Of a stretch of DNA of 64,000 bases, positions 55,693 through 64,000 are shown in pieces; within the stretch, counting starts at the first letter, position 1; the number at the start of each line of letters is the position of its first letter. The notes beneath the pieces are model-generated. The model saw nothing but the letters and a program-made list of their open reading frames with translations. It was not told the origin of the DNA and ran no database searches. The stretch comes from an uncultured Ruminococcus sp. (GTDB lineage: Bacteria > Bacillota > Clostridia > Oscillospirales > CAG-382): the NCBI GenBank assembly GCA_964571635.1, contig CAZNCN010000007.1:1096-65095 (forward strand), in the 5' to 3' direction. The translations under genes were made by a program, and so were the position numbers.

Positions 55693-56685
55693 ATGAATGC
55701 TGTAGCTAATGCCGGCAAGACCGAAGTCGCTGCTCAGAAGCCTAAGCGTGCCAAGAAGACAAGATCCTTGCAGGCACAGAAGGCAAGAGCTGGCTGGCTG
55801 TTCATTATGCCGTTCCTTATTGGTTTCTTCCTTATCTATCTGCCCATGATCGTTGAATCGATAAACTTTTCGTTCAACGAGATCTCGACCCAACCCGGCG
55901 GCGGCTATGTGCTCAAGCCGGTTGGTTGGGACAACTATAGCTATGCATTGTTCACCGATACAGAGTTCGGCGGCCTGCTGCGTGACAGCGTGGTAGAGCT
56001 CGCACTCAACGTTCCTGCAATCGTCATCTTCTCGCTGTTCATGGCAGTTTTGCTTAACCAGAAGATGCGCGGCAGAGCAGTGTTCAGAGCAATCTTCTTC
56101 ATCCCCGTCATCGTTTCGACCGGTATAATCGAGTCGATCGACCTGCAGAATACGCTGGCGAGCCAGATGGAGCAAATAGGCTCGACCGGTGACACGACGG
56201 GCATGAATACCAACTCAGGCACATCAATAGTCGACGTCATGGACGTTGAACGACTGTTCAGAGGAATGAAGGTCGGTTCTGAGCTGGTTCAATATGTCAC
56301 AGGCCTTGTTCAGAGCGTCTATGACATAGTTAACAAGTCAGGCGTTCAGATGCTTGTCTTCCTTGCAGGCCTGCAGTCAATATCGCCTGCGATTTATGAG
56401 TCTTGTCAGATAGACGGCGCTACCTCGTGGGAGATCTTCTGGAAGATCACCTTCCCGATGATCAGCCCGATGATATTGGTCAACGCAATATATACGATAA
56501 TAGACTCGTTTACATCACAGTCGAATGCGATGATGACATATATCAGCAGGGTTTACAGCCAGCCAAAGGGCGATGTCAGATCGACCGCAATGGCGTGGAT
56601 GTACTTCCTGGTGATTATAGTGGTTCTGGCGATAGTCGCCGGCATCATGTCAGCTTATGTCTTCTATCAGAGACGTGATACATGA
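55693..56685 (+). CDS. carbohydrate ABC transporter permease (MalF-like), pair 2
   Basis: 330-aa ORF with the EAA loop 'IYESCQIDGATSWEIFWKITFP'. It starts 4 nt after the preceding stop. Confidence 0.85.
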   Translation: MNAVANAGKTEVAAQKPKRAKKTRSLQAQKARAGWLFIMPFLIGFFLIYLPMIVESINFSFNEISTQPGGGYVLKPVGWDNYSYALFTDTEFGGLLRDSVVELALNVPAIVIFSLFMAVLLNQKMRGRAVFRAIFFIPVIVSTGIIESIDLQNTLASQMEQIGSTGDTTGMNTNSGTSIVDVMDVERLFRGMKVGSELVQYVTGLVQSVYDIVNKSGVQMLVFLAGLQSISPAIYESCQIDGATSWEIFWKITFPMISPMILVNAIYTIIDSFTSQSNAMMTYISRVYSQPKGDVRSTAMAWMYFLVIIVVLAIVAGIMSAYVFYQRRDT

Positions 56686-56703
56686 GAAAGGGGGATGGGA
56701 TAA

Positions 56704-57783
56704 ATGAATAACTCAGGCACTCTTTCTAAAAAAGAAAAGAAGGCATTGCTCGAGCAGCAAAAGCGTGAGGAAGCTCTGCGCCGCATGAAGTCTGATGAAA
56801 AGACGACATTCTGGCAGCGCTTGAAGTATAAGTATCTCACCAAATATTTCTTAGGACAGCTTATTTGGTGGATATTCCGCTTTGTATTGCTCGTCGGCAT
56901 ATCCTATATCGTTTTGTTCCCTTATATTTCAAAGGTCGCGGGCTCGTTTATGAGCGCCGAGGACTTTGTCGATGTCACTGTCAAGCTTATTGCAAAGCAT
57001 CCGACACTCGATACATATAAGGCGATAATCAATGACAACAACTATTGGCAGTCGCTGTTTAACACTACGACACTGTCGCTGCTGTGCGGTATCTCACAGA
57101 TGCTGTGCTGCGCTATAGTCGGCTACGGATTTTCTAAGTTCAACTTTAAGTTCAAGAACATCCTGTTCCTTTGCGTCATCTTCACGATGATAGTTCCGCA
57201 CGAGACCATTCAGCTCTCGCTGTTTATGAAGTTCAGATATTTTGATATCTGGGGCATCTACGGATTTATCGCAAAGAATATATTCCAGTCGAGTGAAGCG
57301 ACCCCCGCTATTGCCAACCTGCTCAACACCTATTGGCCGATGGCAATTCTTTCGCTGGGATGCATAGGCCTCAAAAACGGTCTGTATATCTATATCATGC
57401 GTCAGTATTTCAACGGCGTTCCTGATGAGCTTGAAGAAGCAGCTTATGTTGACGGCGCAGGCGTTTTAAAGACGTTTATCCGCATCATTCTGCCGATGTC
57501 GCTGCCCATGCTTGTCACGATATTCATGTTTGCATTCTCGTGGCAGTGGTCCGACACCTTCTATACGGGTCTGTTCTTCAACAATGTGACAAAGGTTCCG
57601 CTTTTGCCCAACATCGTCAAGATCCCGTCGTCGCTTGATACCGACTATGCAGGTAAGACAGCATACGAAGCAGCTATCCGCAATACCTGCGGCCTGCTCA
57701 TACTGTTCCCGCTCGTTATAGTTTATCTGTTCGCACAGCGCACTCTGATCGAGGGCGTCGAGCGTTCGGGTATCACAGGCTAA
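56704..57783 (+). CDS. carbohydrate ABC transporter permease (MalG-like, N-terminally extended), pair 2
   Basis: 359-aa ORF with the EAA loop 'LEEAAYVDGAGVLKTFIRIILP' and a charged N-terminal extension of about 50 aa. Confidence 0.85.
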   Translation: MNNSGTLSKKEKKALLEQQKREEALRRMKSDEKTTFWQRLKYKYLTKYFLGQLIWWIFRFVLLVGISYIVLFPYISKVAGSFMSAEDFVDVTVKLIAKHPTLDTYKAIINDNNYWQSLFNTTTLSLLCGISQMLCCAIVGYGFSKFNFKFKNILFLCVIFTMIVPHETIQLSLFMKFRYFDIWGIYGFIAKNIFQSSEATPAIANLLNTYWPMAILSLGCIGLKNGLYIYIMRQYFNGVPDELEEAAYVDGAGVLKTFIRIILPMSLPMLVTIFMFAFSWQWSDTFYTGLFFNNVTKVPLLPNIVKIPSSLDTDYAGKTAYEAAIRNTCGLLILFPLVIVYLFAQRTLIEGVERSGITG

Positions 57784-57803
57784 TAGCGAATACAACAATA
57801 ACA

Positions 57804-57836
57804 AAAAGGTCGCATCTGCGTGGTGCGACCTTTTTT
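57804..57836. terminator. bidirectional terminator closing the ABC-like locus and the spoVA operon
   Basis: AAAAGGTCGCA-TCTGCGTGG-TGCGACCTTTT followed by TT. Confidence 0.85.
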
Positions 57837-57840
57837 GCTG

Positions 57841-58194
57841 TCATTTCTTTTTGCTCTTGAATAGCATTGCCCAGATGAGTGCGAATAATAAAGCTGCCGT
57901 TATACCTGCTGCGGCGTTTGAGAGTCCGCCGCTGAAAGCACCGAAAAGTCCTTGCTCATCAACCGCTTTTTGTGCGCCCTTTGCGAGCAATGCACCGAAC
58001 CCTGTCAAAGGTACGCTCGCACCTGCACCTGCAAATTCAGAGAACGGCTCGTATAATCCGATCGCCTGCAGAGCAACGCCCGCAACGACGTATCCGACGA
58101 GTATTCGTGCGCCTGTCAGCCTGGTTTTGTCTATCAGTATCTGTGCGATGACGCATAGCGCACCGCCGCATAAAAACGCATAAAGATATTGCAT
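57841..58194 (-). CDS. spoVAE: stage V sporulation protein AE (SpoVAEb-type)
   Basis: 117-aa membrane ORF with 'FAGAGASVPLTGFG', a SpoVAC/SpoVAEb-family block. Confidence 0.85.
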   Translation of the reverse strand: MQYLYAFLCGGALCVIAQILIDKTRLTGARILVGYVVAGVALQAIGLYEPFSEFAGAGASVPLTGFGALLAKGAQKAVDEQGLFGAFSGGLSNAAAGITAALLFALIWAMLFKSKKK

Positions 58195-58195
58195 T

Positions 58196-59182
58196 TCAGA
58201 CCCTCTTTAAAACGACTGCGTGCGCTATCGATGGAATTGATGAGCCTTGAAGCACGCTGTTAGTGTTGAGTAGTGCGCCTGTTCCGACAAGCATCATACT
58301 GTTTATCTCGCCTTTTTTAAGCATGGGTATCAGCTTGCCTGCCGCAACAACTGCCATGCATCCGCAGCCTGAGCCGCCTGCGTGCACGTCCTGCCTTTGC
58401 CTGTCGTATATCATCAGTCCGCAGTCGAGCATCTTTGAGCGGATGTCAATGCTGTCGTTTAAAAGCAACTCTCGACATATATTGAATCCTTCTGCACCGA
58501 GGTCGCCCGTCGCGATAAGGTCTATGCCTGCTATACCGCATGAGGTGTGATAACGCTTTATGGTGTCGTATGCGGCGGTAGCCATCGCTGCACCCATGTT
58601 GTTTTGATCTGCTATTCCGTTGTCCGAGATACGCCCGATGACTGCGCTATGCACTGAAATGCACGATCGCTCGTCAGTCAGCAAAAACGCGCCGCAGCCT
58701 GTTACGGTATTTTGCGAGGTCGGCGGACGCTGGCAGCCGTATTCGAGCGGGAAACGATACTGTCGCTCTGCTGTGCAGAAATGTGACGATGCATAGCAGA
58801 CTGCGTTTTTTATCATGCCGCCGCTTATCATGCTTGATGCGATCAATAAGCTTTCGGCAGCCGTCGAGCACGCACCGTAAAGCCCGAGATAGGGGATGGA
58901 AAAATGCTTTGCCGCATAGCTCGTTGCGACGCATTGATTTACAAGATCGCCTGCACACATGACATCGACCGAATCGGCGCCAAGCCCGCTTTTTGCAAGC
59001 AGGGTGTTTATGCAAAGCCTGCACATTTCGCTTTCGGCTTTTTCGAATGTGTCCTTGCCGAAATATTCGTCGGCTATAAGATGATCAAAGCAGTCGGCGA
59101 TGGGCCCGTCTGCCTCTTTTTGACCTACCACCGACGAAGCATTGCTTATATATACATTGCCAAGCTCAATAATGTCCTTCAT
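58196..59182 (-). CDS. spoVAD: stage V sporulation protein AD
   Basis: 328-aa thiolase-fold ORF with 'GDLVNQC' and 'YGACST' blocks, flanked by spoVAC and spoVAE. Confidence 0.85.
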   Translation of the reverse strand: MKDIIELGNVYISNASSVVGQKEADGPIADCFDHLIADEYFGKDTFEKAESEMCRLCINTLLAKSGLGADSVDVMCAGDLVNQCVATSYAAKHFSIPYLGLYGACSTAAESLLIASSMISGGMIKNAVCYASSHFCTAERQYRFPLEYGCQRPPTSQNTVTGCGAFLLTDERSCISVHSAVIGRISDNGIADQNNMGAAMATAAYDTIKRYHTSCGIAGIDLIATGDLGAEGFNICRELLLNDSIDIRSKMLDCGLMIYDRQRQDVHAGGSGCGCMAVVAAGKLIPMLKKGEINSMMLVGTGALLNTNSVLQGSSIPSIAHAVVLKRV

Positions 59183-59616
59183 ATCAGCCCCACAAGATAA
59201 TAAATTATTCCGTATAACACCGATGCCGCAGTGCCGTAGACTATGACAGGCCCTGCGATGACGAACATTTTTGCTCCGACACCCATCACAAAGCCTTCAC
59301 TTTTTGAATCGATGGCAGGCGAAGCAACTGCGTTTGAAAAGCCCGTGATAGGCACGAGCGTGCCTGCGCCTGCTATATGCGCTATTCTGTCGAATACGCC
59401 TAAGCCTGTGAGCAGTCCGGCTAAAAATATCAGCGTTACAGATGTCATTCCGCGTGCCGCGTCTGCCTGTGCGCCGAAATGAGTATAGCAATCTGTCAGT
59501 GCCTGCCCTATGCAGCATATCGCACCGCCTGTGACAAAGGCGAAAAAGCAGTTTTTGAGGCAGGGAGACCTGCCTGCTCTTGATTCTGCATAATTGATAT
59601 AGTCCTGCTTTTTCAT
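59179..59616 (-). CDS. spoVAC: stage V sporulation protein AC
   Basis: 145-aa ORF that aligns by eye along its length with B. subtilis SpoVAC ('KNCFFAFVTGGAICCIGQ', 'LLTGLGVFDRIAHIAGAGTLVPITGF', 'GVGAKMF'). Confidence 0.9.
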   Translation of the reverse strand: MKKQDYINYAESRAGRSPCLKNCFFAFVTGGAICCIGQALTDCYTHFGAQADAARGMTSVTLIFLAGLLTGLGVFDRIAHIAGAGTLVPITGFSNAVASPAIDSKSEGFVMGVGAKMFVIAGPVIVYGTAASVLYGIIYYLVGLI

Positions 59617-59621
59617 GCTGC

Positions 59622-60125
59622 TTATCCTATAAATATCGGTATCTCGGGCGCTCTGAACGAAAAGTAAACGAACATCGCAATCAGGTCTGCGTATAGCACT
59701 CCGCCTGTTATGATCGCACCGTTGCTGCCGAGTGCACCGTCACGCATCAAAAGGTATGACGATACATACGTCGTCAGCATTCCGAATATCAAGGCAATAT
59801 CAATGCTGTCTGTTCCTGTCGCTCCGAGCAGGAAATAATAGGCCGTTGCCGCAGCTATCACGCCGAATGCGAGCGACGCCGCCGCCATAGGCAAGTGGTC
59901 TGAATCCTTGTGCCCGAAAAGTATGAATTGCAGCATAAAGAATAAGAGTGACGGCCAGAATATCAGCTTAAGCGACTCCCATATGCTGCTTGCCGTGGGC
60001 AGCAGTATCGTTTCTGCCTCGGCATTCGGTATGACTATGAACGAGTGCTTGATGAGCAGCGCGATTATAAACGTGAACGCCGCACCTATTATGCTCGATG
60101 CCATATATTTTGTTGTTTTATCCAT
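59622..60125 (-). CDS. polytopic membrane protein of unknown function, first gene of the spoVA transcription unit
   Basis: 167-aa ORF with about five hydrophobic helices, only 5 nt upstream of spoVAC. No motif recognised. Confidence 0.55.
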   Translation of the reverse strand: MDKTTKYMASSIIGAAFTFIIALLIKHSFIVIPNAEAETILLPTASSIWESLKLIFWPSLLFFMLQFILFGHKDSDHLPMAAASLAFGVIAAATAYYFLLGATGTDSIDIALIFGMLTTYVSSYLLMRDGALGSNGAIITGGVLYADLIAMFVYFSFRAPEIPIFIG

Positions 60126-60252
60126 GCTGTTTTGAATCTGTCCTTTCTGTTTTTATGTTACAGAGGATATTATTCTCAAGGCTTGACGTTATTATTACAA
60201 AGGCCTTCCTGTTTTTTTGGTGCATTGTGACAATATTTGACATTAGTTTTCA

Positions 60253-60281
60253 TTGACATTTTGGTGTGTCTTGTTTATAAT
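60253..60281 (+). promoter_or_regulatory. consensus sigma-A promoter for the alpha-mannosidase gene
   Basis: TTGACA (60253-60258), a 17-nt spacer, then TATAAT (60276-60281). A second TTGACA lies 15 nt upstream. Confidence 0.7.
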
Positions 60282-60317
60282 AATTGTATCAAGTCAAATT
60301 ATAAGCAGGAGGCGTAT

Positions 60318-63300
60318 ATGGAACTTCAGTATAAGAAAATACAAAAGACCCTGTCTGTGCTCAAGGAGCGCATGGTTTCGGGCAGTGTTTCGATCGATGG
60401 CTTTATGTATAAGAATTGCGGCTATCGCAGGACGGGCGAGATCATCACCACACCCGACGATACGTTCGTGCGGTTCGTTACGGGAATGCATTGGGCTGAC
60501 GAAACAGACCTGCACGCTTGGTTTATCACGCATGTTCCCGAGGCGCAAAGACCTCAGGGCACTGTCAGAACTCTGGTCGTCGAGACAGACAGAGATGGCT
60601 GGAATGTCTATAACCCTCAGTTTATATGCTATATCAACGGCAACGAGATGCAGAGTTTTGATACCAACCATCGCTCTCTGCCGCTTGATTTTGATGACGC
60701 TTTTGACCTTTCGCTCTATGCTTACAGCGGCTCGATGGGTAAAAATCTGCCTCTTTGCTGCCGCATAGATTATGTGTTCCGGGATGTCGAAAAGCTTTAT
60801 TATGACATGCTCATACCGTTTGAAATGCTTTCTATCGCCGACAAAGAGAGCAACGAATATGCGGTCATAAACCGCGCTCTGCTTTTGGCTTGCGACAGGA
60901 TAGATCTGCGCGATGTTTCTGATGAAACGTTTTTGGCTTCAGTCCATGCCGCACAGTCAGTCATGGATGACTATTACAGCAAGGTCACCTCGCAGAGGGG
61001 CACTGTCGTTTGCGTCGGACATTCGCACATAGACTGTGCGTGGATGTGGACGCTCGCACAGACAAAAGAGAAGATCTGCCGCACCACCGCAACTGTTTTG
61101 TCGCTGATGGAGCGCTATCCCGACTTTTATTTCATGGAGAGCCAGGCACTGCTTTACAGCTATTTAAAGCAAGAGTCGCCAAAGCTTTATGAAAAGGTCA
61201 AGCAGCGCATCAAAGAAGGCAGGTGGGAGGTCGAAGGCGCTATGTGGGTCGAGGCAGACTGCAACCTCACTTCGGGCGAAAGCCTCGTCAGACAGATCAT
61301 TCACGGCAAACACTTTTTTATGCAGGAGTTCGGTGTCGATAGCCGCGTGCTTTGGCTGCCCGATGTTTTCGGCTACAGTGCGGCGATGCCGCAGATATGC
61401 GCCAAGGCGGGCATAGATGCTTTTGTCACGAGCAAGATTTCGTGGAACGACACCAACCGTATGCCCTACGACGTTTTCAACTGGGTCGGCATAGACGGCA
61501 CGAAGCTATTTACATACTTCTTGACTGCACAGCAGGGCACTGACAGAGCGCCCAGCAACAGATATACCTCGTATGTCGCAACGACCGATCCCGATTTTGT
61601 CAAAGGAACAATGAAGCGTTTCAGCCAAAAGGACATCACCGAAGAGCCATTGCTCACATTTGGATGGGGCGACGGCGGTGGCGGACCGACCGCAAAGATG
61701 CTCGAAACTTATAACCGTATGCAACGTGGCGGCATGGTCTGCCCGTCTGTCAGAAACGGCAAAGTGCTTGATTATATTACCGAGCTCAAGCAGCACGCAA
61801 AAGAGCTGCCTTATCTGCCCGAATGGCGCGGCGAGCTCTATCTCGAGTATCACCGCGGCACATATACGTCGGTCGGCGAGATAAAGCGCAATAATCGAGA
61901 GGGCGAATATGCATTGCAGCTCGCTGAGTTCGTTTCGTCGCTTGCTGAGTCGAATAAGGTGTGCGACTATAAGTCGGATGAGCTTTATCAGCTCTGGCAG
62001 ACTCTGCTTACAAACCAATTCCACGATATATTGCCCGGCTCATCGATACCGCAGGTGTACCGTGACAGTGCGGCACAGTTCAAAGAGCTGTTCGACGGCG
62101 TCAATCTCATCACTGCGGGCGCTGTCGGAGCGATGCTCAAGAGTATAGATACCAAGGGTGGCTTGCTCGTCTTCAATCCGCATTCGTTTGCTGCAACAGG
62201 TGCGGTCAGATACAATGACAAAACCTATTTTGCAGAGGATATTCCGCCTATGGGCTATGCCGTCATCACGCCCAAGCGCCGCACACCGCTTGCGGTTGCG
62301 GGCAACGGCAGGATGGAGAACGATTATTATCGTATAGAATTCGCACAGGACTATACCCTGAGCCGCATCTATGACAAGCAGGCTCGCCGCGAGGTTATCG
62401 TCGGCAGAGGCAACAGGCTGGTGGCGTATGAGGATAGATCGCTCGAATACGGCTGCTGGAATACCGAGGAGTATTACAGGGACAAGCCTTATGAAATAAC
62501 CGAGGTTATCGCTGCCGAGAGCATCAGAGACGGTGAAAGATGCGGCTATAAGATAACCAAGCGCTTCATGTCTTCGACCGTGACGCAGTATATATGGATA
62601 TACGACCGTTCACGTCGCATAGATTTTGAGACAGAGGCTGATTGGAACGAAGAGGACCTTTTGCTCAAGGCAGAGTTCGATGTCACAGTCGACAGTGAAA
62701 GCGCCGTGTATGACATACAGTTTGGTCAGGTATCGCGCCCGACACATTACAATACCTCGTGGGACAAGGCGAGATTTGAGGTCTGCGGACAGCGCTTTGC
62801 CGACCTTGCCGACCATGGCTATGGCGTTGCACTGATGAGCGATTGCAAATACGGCTTTGACATACACAGTGGGCACATGAGCCTTTCGCTCATCAAATCC
62901 GCATCATACGTCAATGAATATTACGACAAGATGCATCATCGCTTTACCTATTCGCTTATGCCGCATATAGGTGACTATCGTGAGGCGGGCGTCATCAAAG
63001 AAGCTTGCCTGCTCAACCAGCCGCTTGTCGCATTGCCAATTGGCAAGACAGACGGCAAGATGCCCGAAAAGCTTTCGTTTATTTCTCCGTCTGCAGACAA
63101 TATTGCGGTCGAAACGATCAAAAAGGCATATGACGGCAACGGATATATCGTCAGAGCATATGAAACCTACGGCATGTCGTCGGAGTGCAGTTTTACGCTT
63201 ATGCGCAGGGCGACGGTCTGCGAGTGCGACCTGCTCGAGAACGATATAACCGACTATGGCAAAAAGAGCGCATCGTTTGCGTCACAGTTTGCTCCGAGAG

Positions 63301-63329
63301 AGATCAAAACATTCAGAATAATTTTTTGA
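60318..63329 (+). CDS. GH38 alpha-mannosidase
   Basis: The ATG at 60318 follows GGAGG (60307-60311). It carries 'GHSHIDCAWMW', the GH38 metal/nucleophile-region motif, at a size of about 1000 aa. The track start at 60237 (TTG) lies upstream of the promoter. Confidence 0.85.
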   Translation: MELQYKKIQKTLSVLKERMVSGSVSIDGFMYKNCGYRRTGEIITTPDDTFVRFVTGMHWADETDLHAWFITHVPEAQRPQGTVRTLVVETDRDGWNVYNPQFICYINGNEMQSFDTNHRSLPLDFDDAFDLSLYAYSGSMGKNLPLCCRIDYVFRDVEKLYYDMLIPFEMLSIADKESNEYAVINRALLLACDRIDLRDVSDETFLASVHAAQSVMDDYYSKVTSQRGTVVCVGHSHIDCAWMWTLAQTKEKICRTTATVLSLMERYPDFYFMESQALLYSYLKQESPKLYEKVKQRIKEGRWEVEGAMWVEADCNLTSGESLVRQIIHGKHFFMQEFGVDSRVLWLPDVFGYSAAMPQICAKAGIDAFVTSKISWNDTNRMPYDVFNWVGIDGTKLFTYFLTAQQGTDRAPSNRYTSYVATTDPDFVKGTMKRFSQKDITEEPLLTFGWGDGGGGPTAKMLETYNRMQRGGMVCPSVRNGKVLDYITELKQHAKELPYLPEWRGELYLEYHRGTYTSVGEIKRNNREGEYALQLAEFVSSLAESNKVCDYKSDELYQLWQTLLTNQFHDILPGSSIPQVYRDSAAQFKELFDGVNLITAGAVGAMLKSIDTKGGLLVFNPHSFAATGAVRYNDKTYFAEDIPPMGYAVITPKRRTPLAVAGNGRMENDYYRIEFAQDYTLSRIYDKQARREVIVGRGNRLVAYEDRSLEYGCWNTEEYYRDKPYEITEVIAAESIRDGERCGYKITKRFMSSTVTQYIWIYDRSRRIDFETEADWNEEDLLLKAEFDVTVDSESAVYDIQFGQVSRPTHYNTSWDKARFEVCGQRFADLADHGYGVALMSDCKYGFDIHSGHMSLSLIKSASYVNEYYDKMHHRFTYSLMPHIGDYREAGVIKEACLLNQPLVALPIGKTDGKMPEKLSFISPSADNIAVETIKKAYDGNGYIVRAYETYGMSSECSFTLMRRATVCECDLLENDITDYGKKSASFASQFAPREIKTFRIIF

Positions 63330-63338
63330 GGTGCTGAT

Positions 63339-64000
63339 ATGAAAAGAAGTGAGATCAACAACATACTTCGCGAATCCATCGATTTTATAAAAGGGCAGGG
63401 GTTCAACCTGCCTCCGTTTGCGTTCTTTACGCCCGACGAGTGGCAAAACAAGGGCCACGAGTATGACGAGATACGCCGCAATATGCTCGGTTGGGATATA
63501 ACCGACTATGGCCACGGCGATTTTGCAAAGATCGGCCTGTTTTTGTTCACCCTGCGCAACGGCAATCTCAGCGACGAGAGCAACAAAAAGACTTATGCTG
63601 AAAAGCTGCTTATTTCCGACGAGGATCAATACAGCCCGATGCACTTCCATTGGCATAAGATGGAGGATATAATCAATCGCGGCGGCGGCAATCTGATGGT
63701 CGAGGTGTATAACGCCACAGACGACGACAGGCTCGCCGATACCGATGTCATCGTCAACCTCGACGGCTGCGTCAAAACAGTCCCGGCAGGCACTGTTTTG
63801 CGCCTTACGCCGGGTGAGAGCATAACTCTGCCGCCCAGACAGTACCACGCTTTTTGGGCAGAAAAAGGCCACGGAAAGGTGCTTATAGGCGAGGTCTCTA
63901 TGGTCAACGATGACAACACCGACAACAGGTTTTATGAAACACAGGGCAGATTTCCGGTAATTGAAGAGGATGAAGCACCTCTTTATTTGCTCTGCAACGA
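63339..64000 (+). CDS. D-lyxose/D-mannose-family cupin sugar isomerase (3' end runs off the window)
   Basis: Not in the ORF track because it is truncated. My translation from the ATG at 63339 (GAGGTG RBS) gives 'MKRSEINNILRESIDFIKGQGFNLPPFAFFTPDEW...KTYAEKLLISDEDQYSPMHFHWHKMEDIINRGGGNL...GEVSMVNDDNTDNRF', matching the YdaE-type D-lyxose isomerase pattern. Confidence 0.8.
   Translation, partial: MKRSEINNILRESIDFIKGQGFNLPPFAFFTPDEWQNKGHEYDEIRRNMLGWDITDYGHGDFAKIGLFLFTLRNGNLSDESNKKTYAEKLLISDEDQYSPMHFHWHKMEDIINRGGGNLMVEVYNATDDDRLADTDVIVNLDGCVKTVPAGTVLRLTPGESITLPPRQYHAFWAEKGHGKVLIGEVSMVNDDNTDNRFYETQGRFPVIEEDEAPLYLLCN

Noticed and set aside
60237-60317. N-terminal extension of the alpha-mannosidase ORF from a TTG at 60237
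   Set aside because: The extension begins upstream of the consensus promoter (60253-60281) and has no RBS. The ATG at 60318 has GGAGG at the proper spacing.
63282-63872. 196-aa minus-strand ORF at the right edge of the window
   Set aside because: It is antisense to the clearly recognisable D-lyxose/mannose isomerase reading frame that starts at 63339 with a good RBS.

Overview
This 64-kb window looks like a chromosomal segment from a spore-forming, Clostridia-type Firmicute. Oscillospiraceae/Ruminococcaceae-like is only my guess and cannot be verified here. Most of the window is recognisable housekeeping. This includes tatD-metG-tadA-CPBP, ppdK, pth-mfd, cmk-plsC-ispH/S1, two divergent single tRNA genes, nnrD-alr, comM/yifB and nifJ (PFOR). 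Sporulation genes are also present (spoIVB, spoVAC-AD-AE). I found no IS element, integrase, CRISPR array or prophage genes. The best candidate for an undescribed system is a seven-gene, single-strand locus at 45.15-57.84 kb. It encodes one 1124-aa solute-binding protein with duplicated N-terminal beta-sandwich-like modules, four ABC permeases in two pairs, an NHL-TPR-Yip1 membrane protein and a 979-aa secreted protein of unknown function. It has no ATPase and no regulator. A GH38 alpha-mannosidase and a D-lyxose/mannose isomerase lie just beyond an intervening spoVA operon. Other points worth a second look are listed below.
- A 2338-aa cyclic-beta-1,2-glucan-synthase-like giant with no exporter in the window.
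- A dense cluster of DnaA boxes in a non-origin intergenic region.
- A VanY-like protein whose zinc and catalytic motifs look degenerate.
- An AT-rich lipoprotein gene carrying a 7 x 12-nt tandem repeat.
- A tRNA-Thr with a non-canonical T-loop.
All functional calls come from motif recognition by eye. No database search was run.
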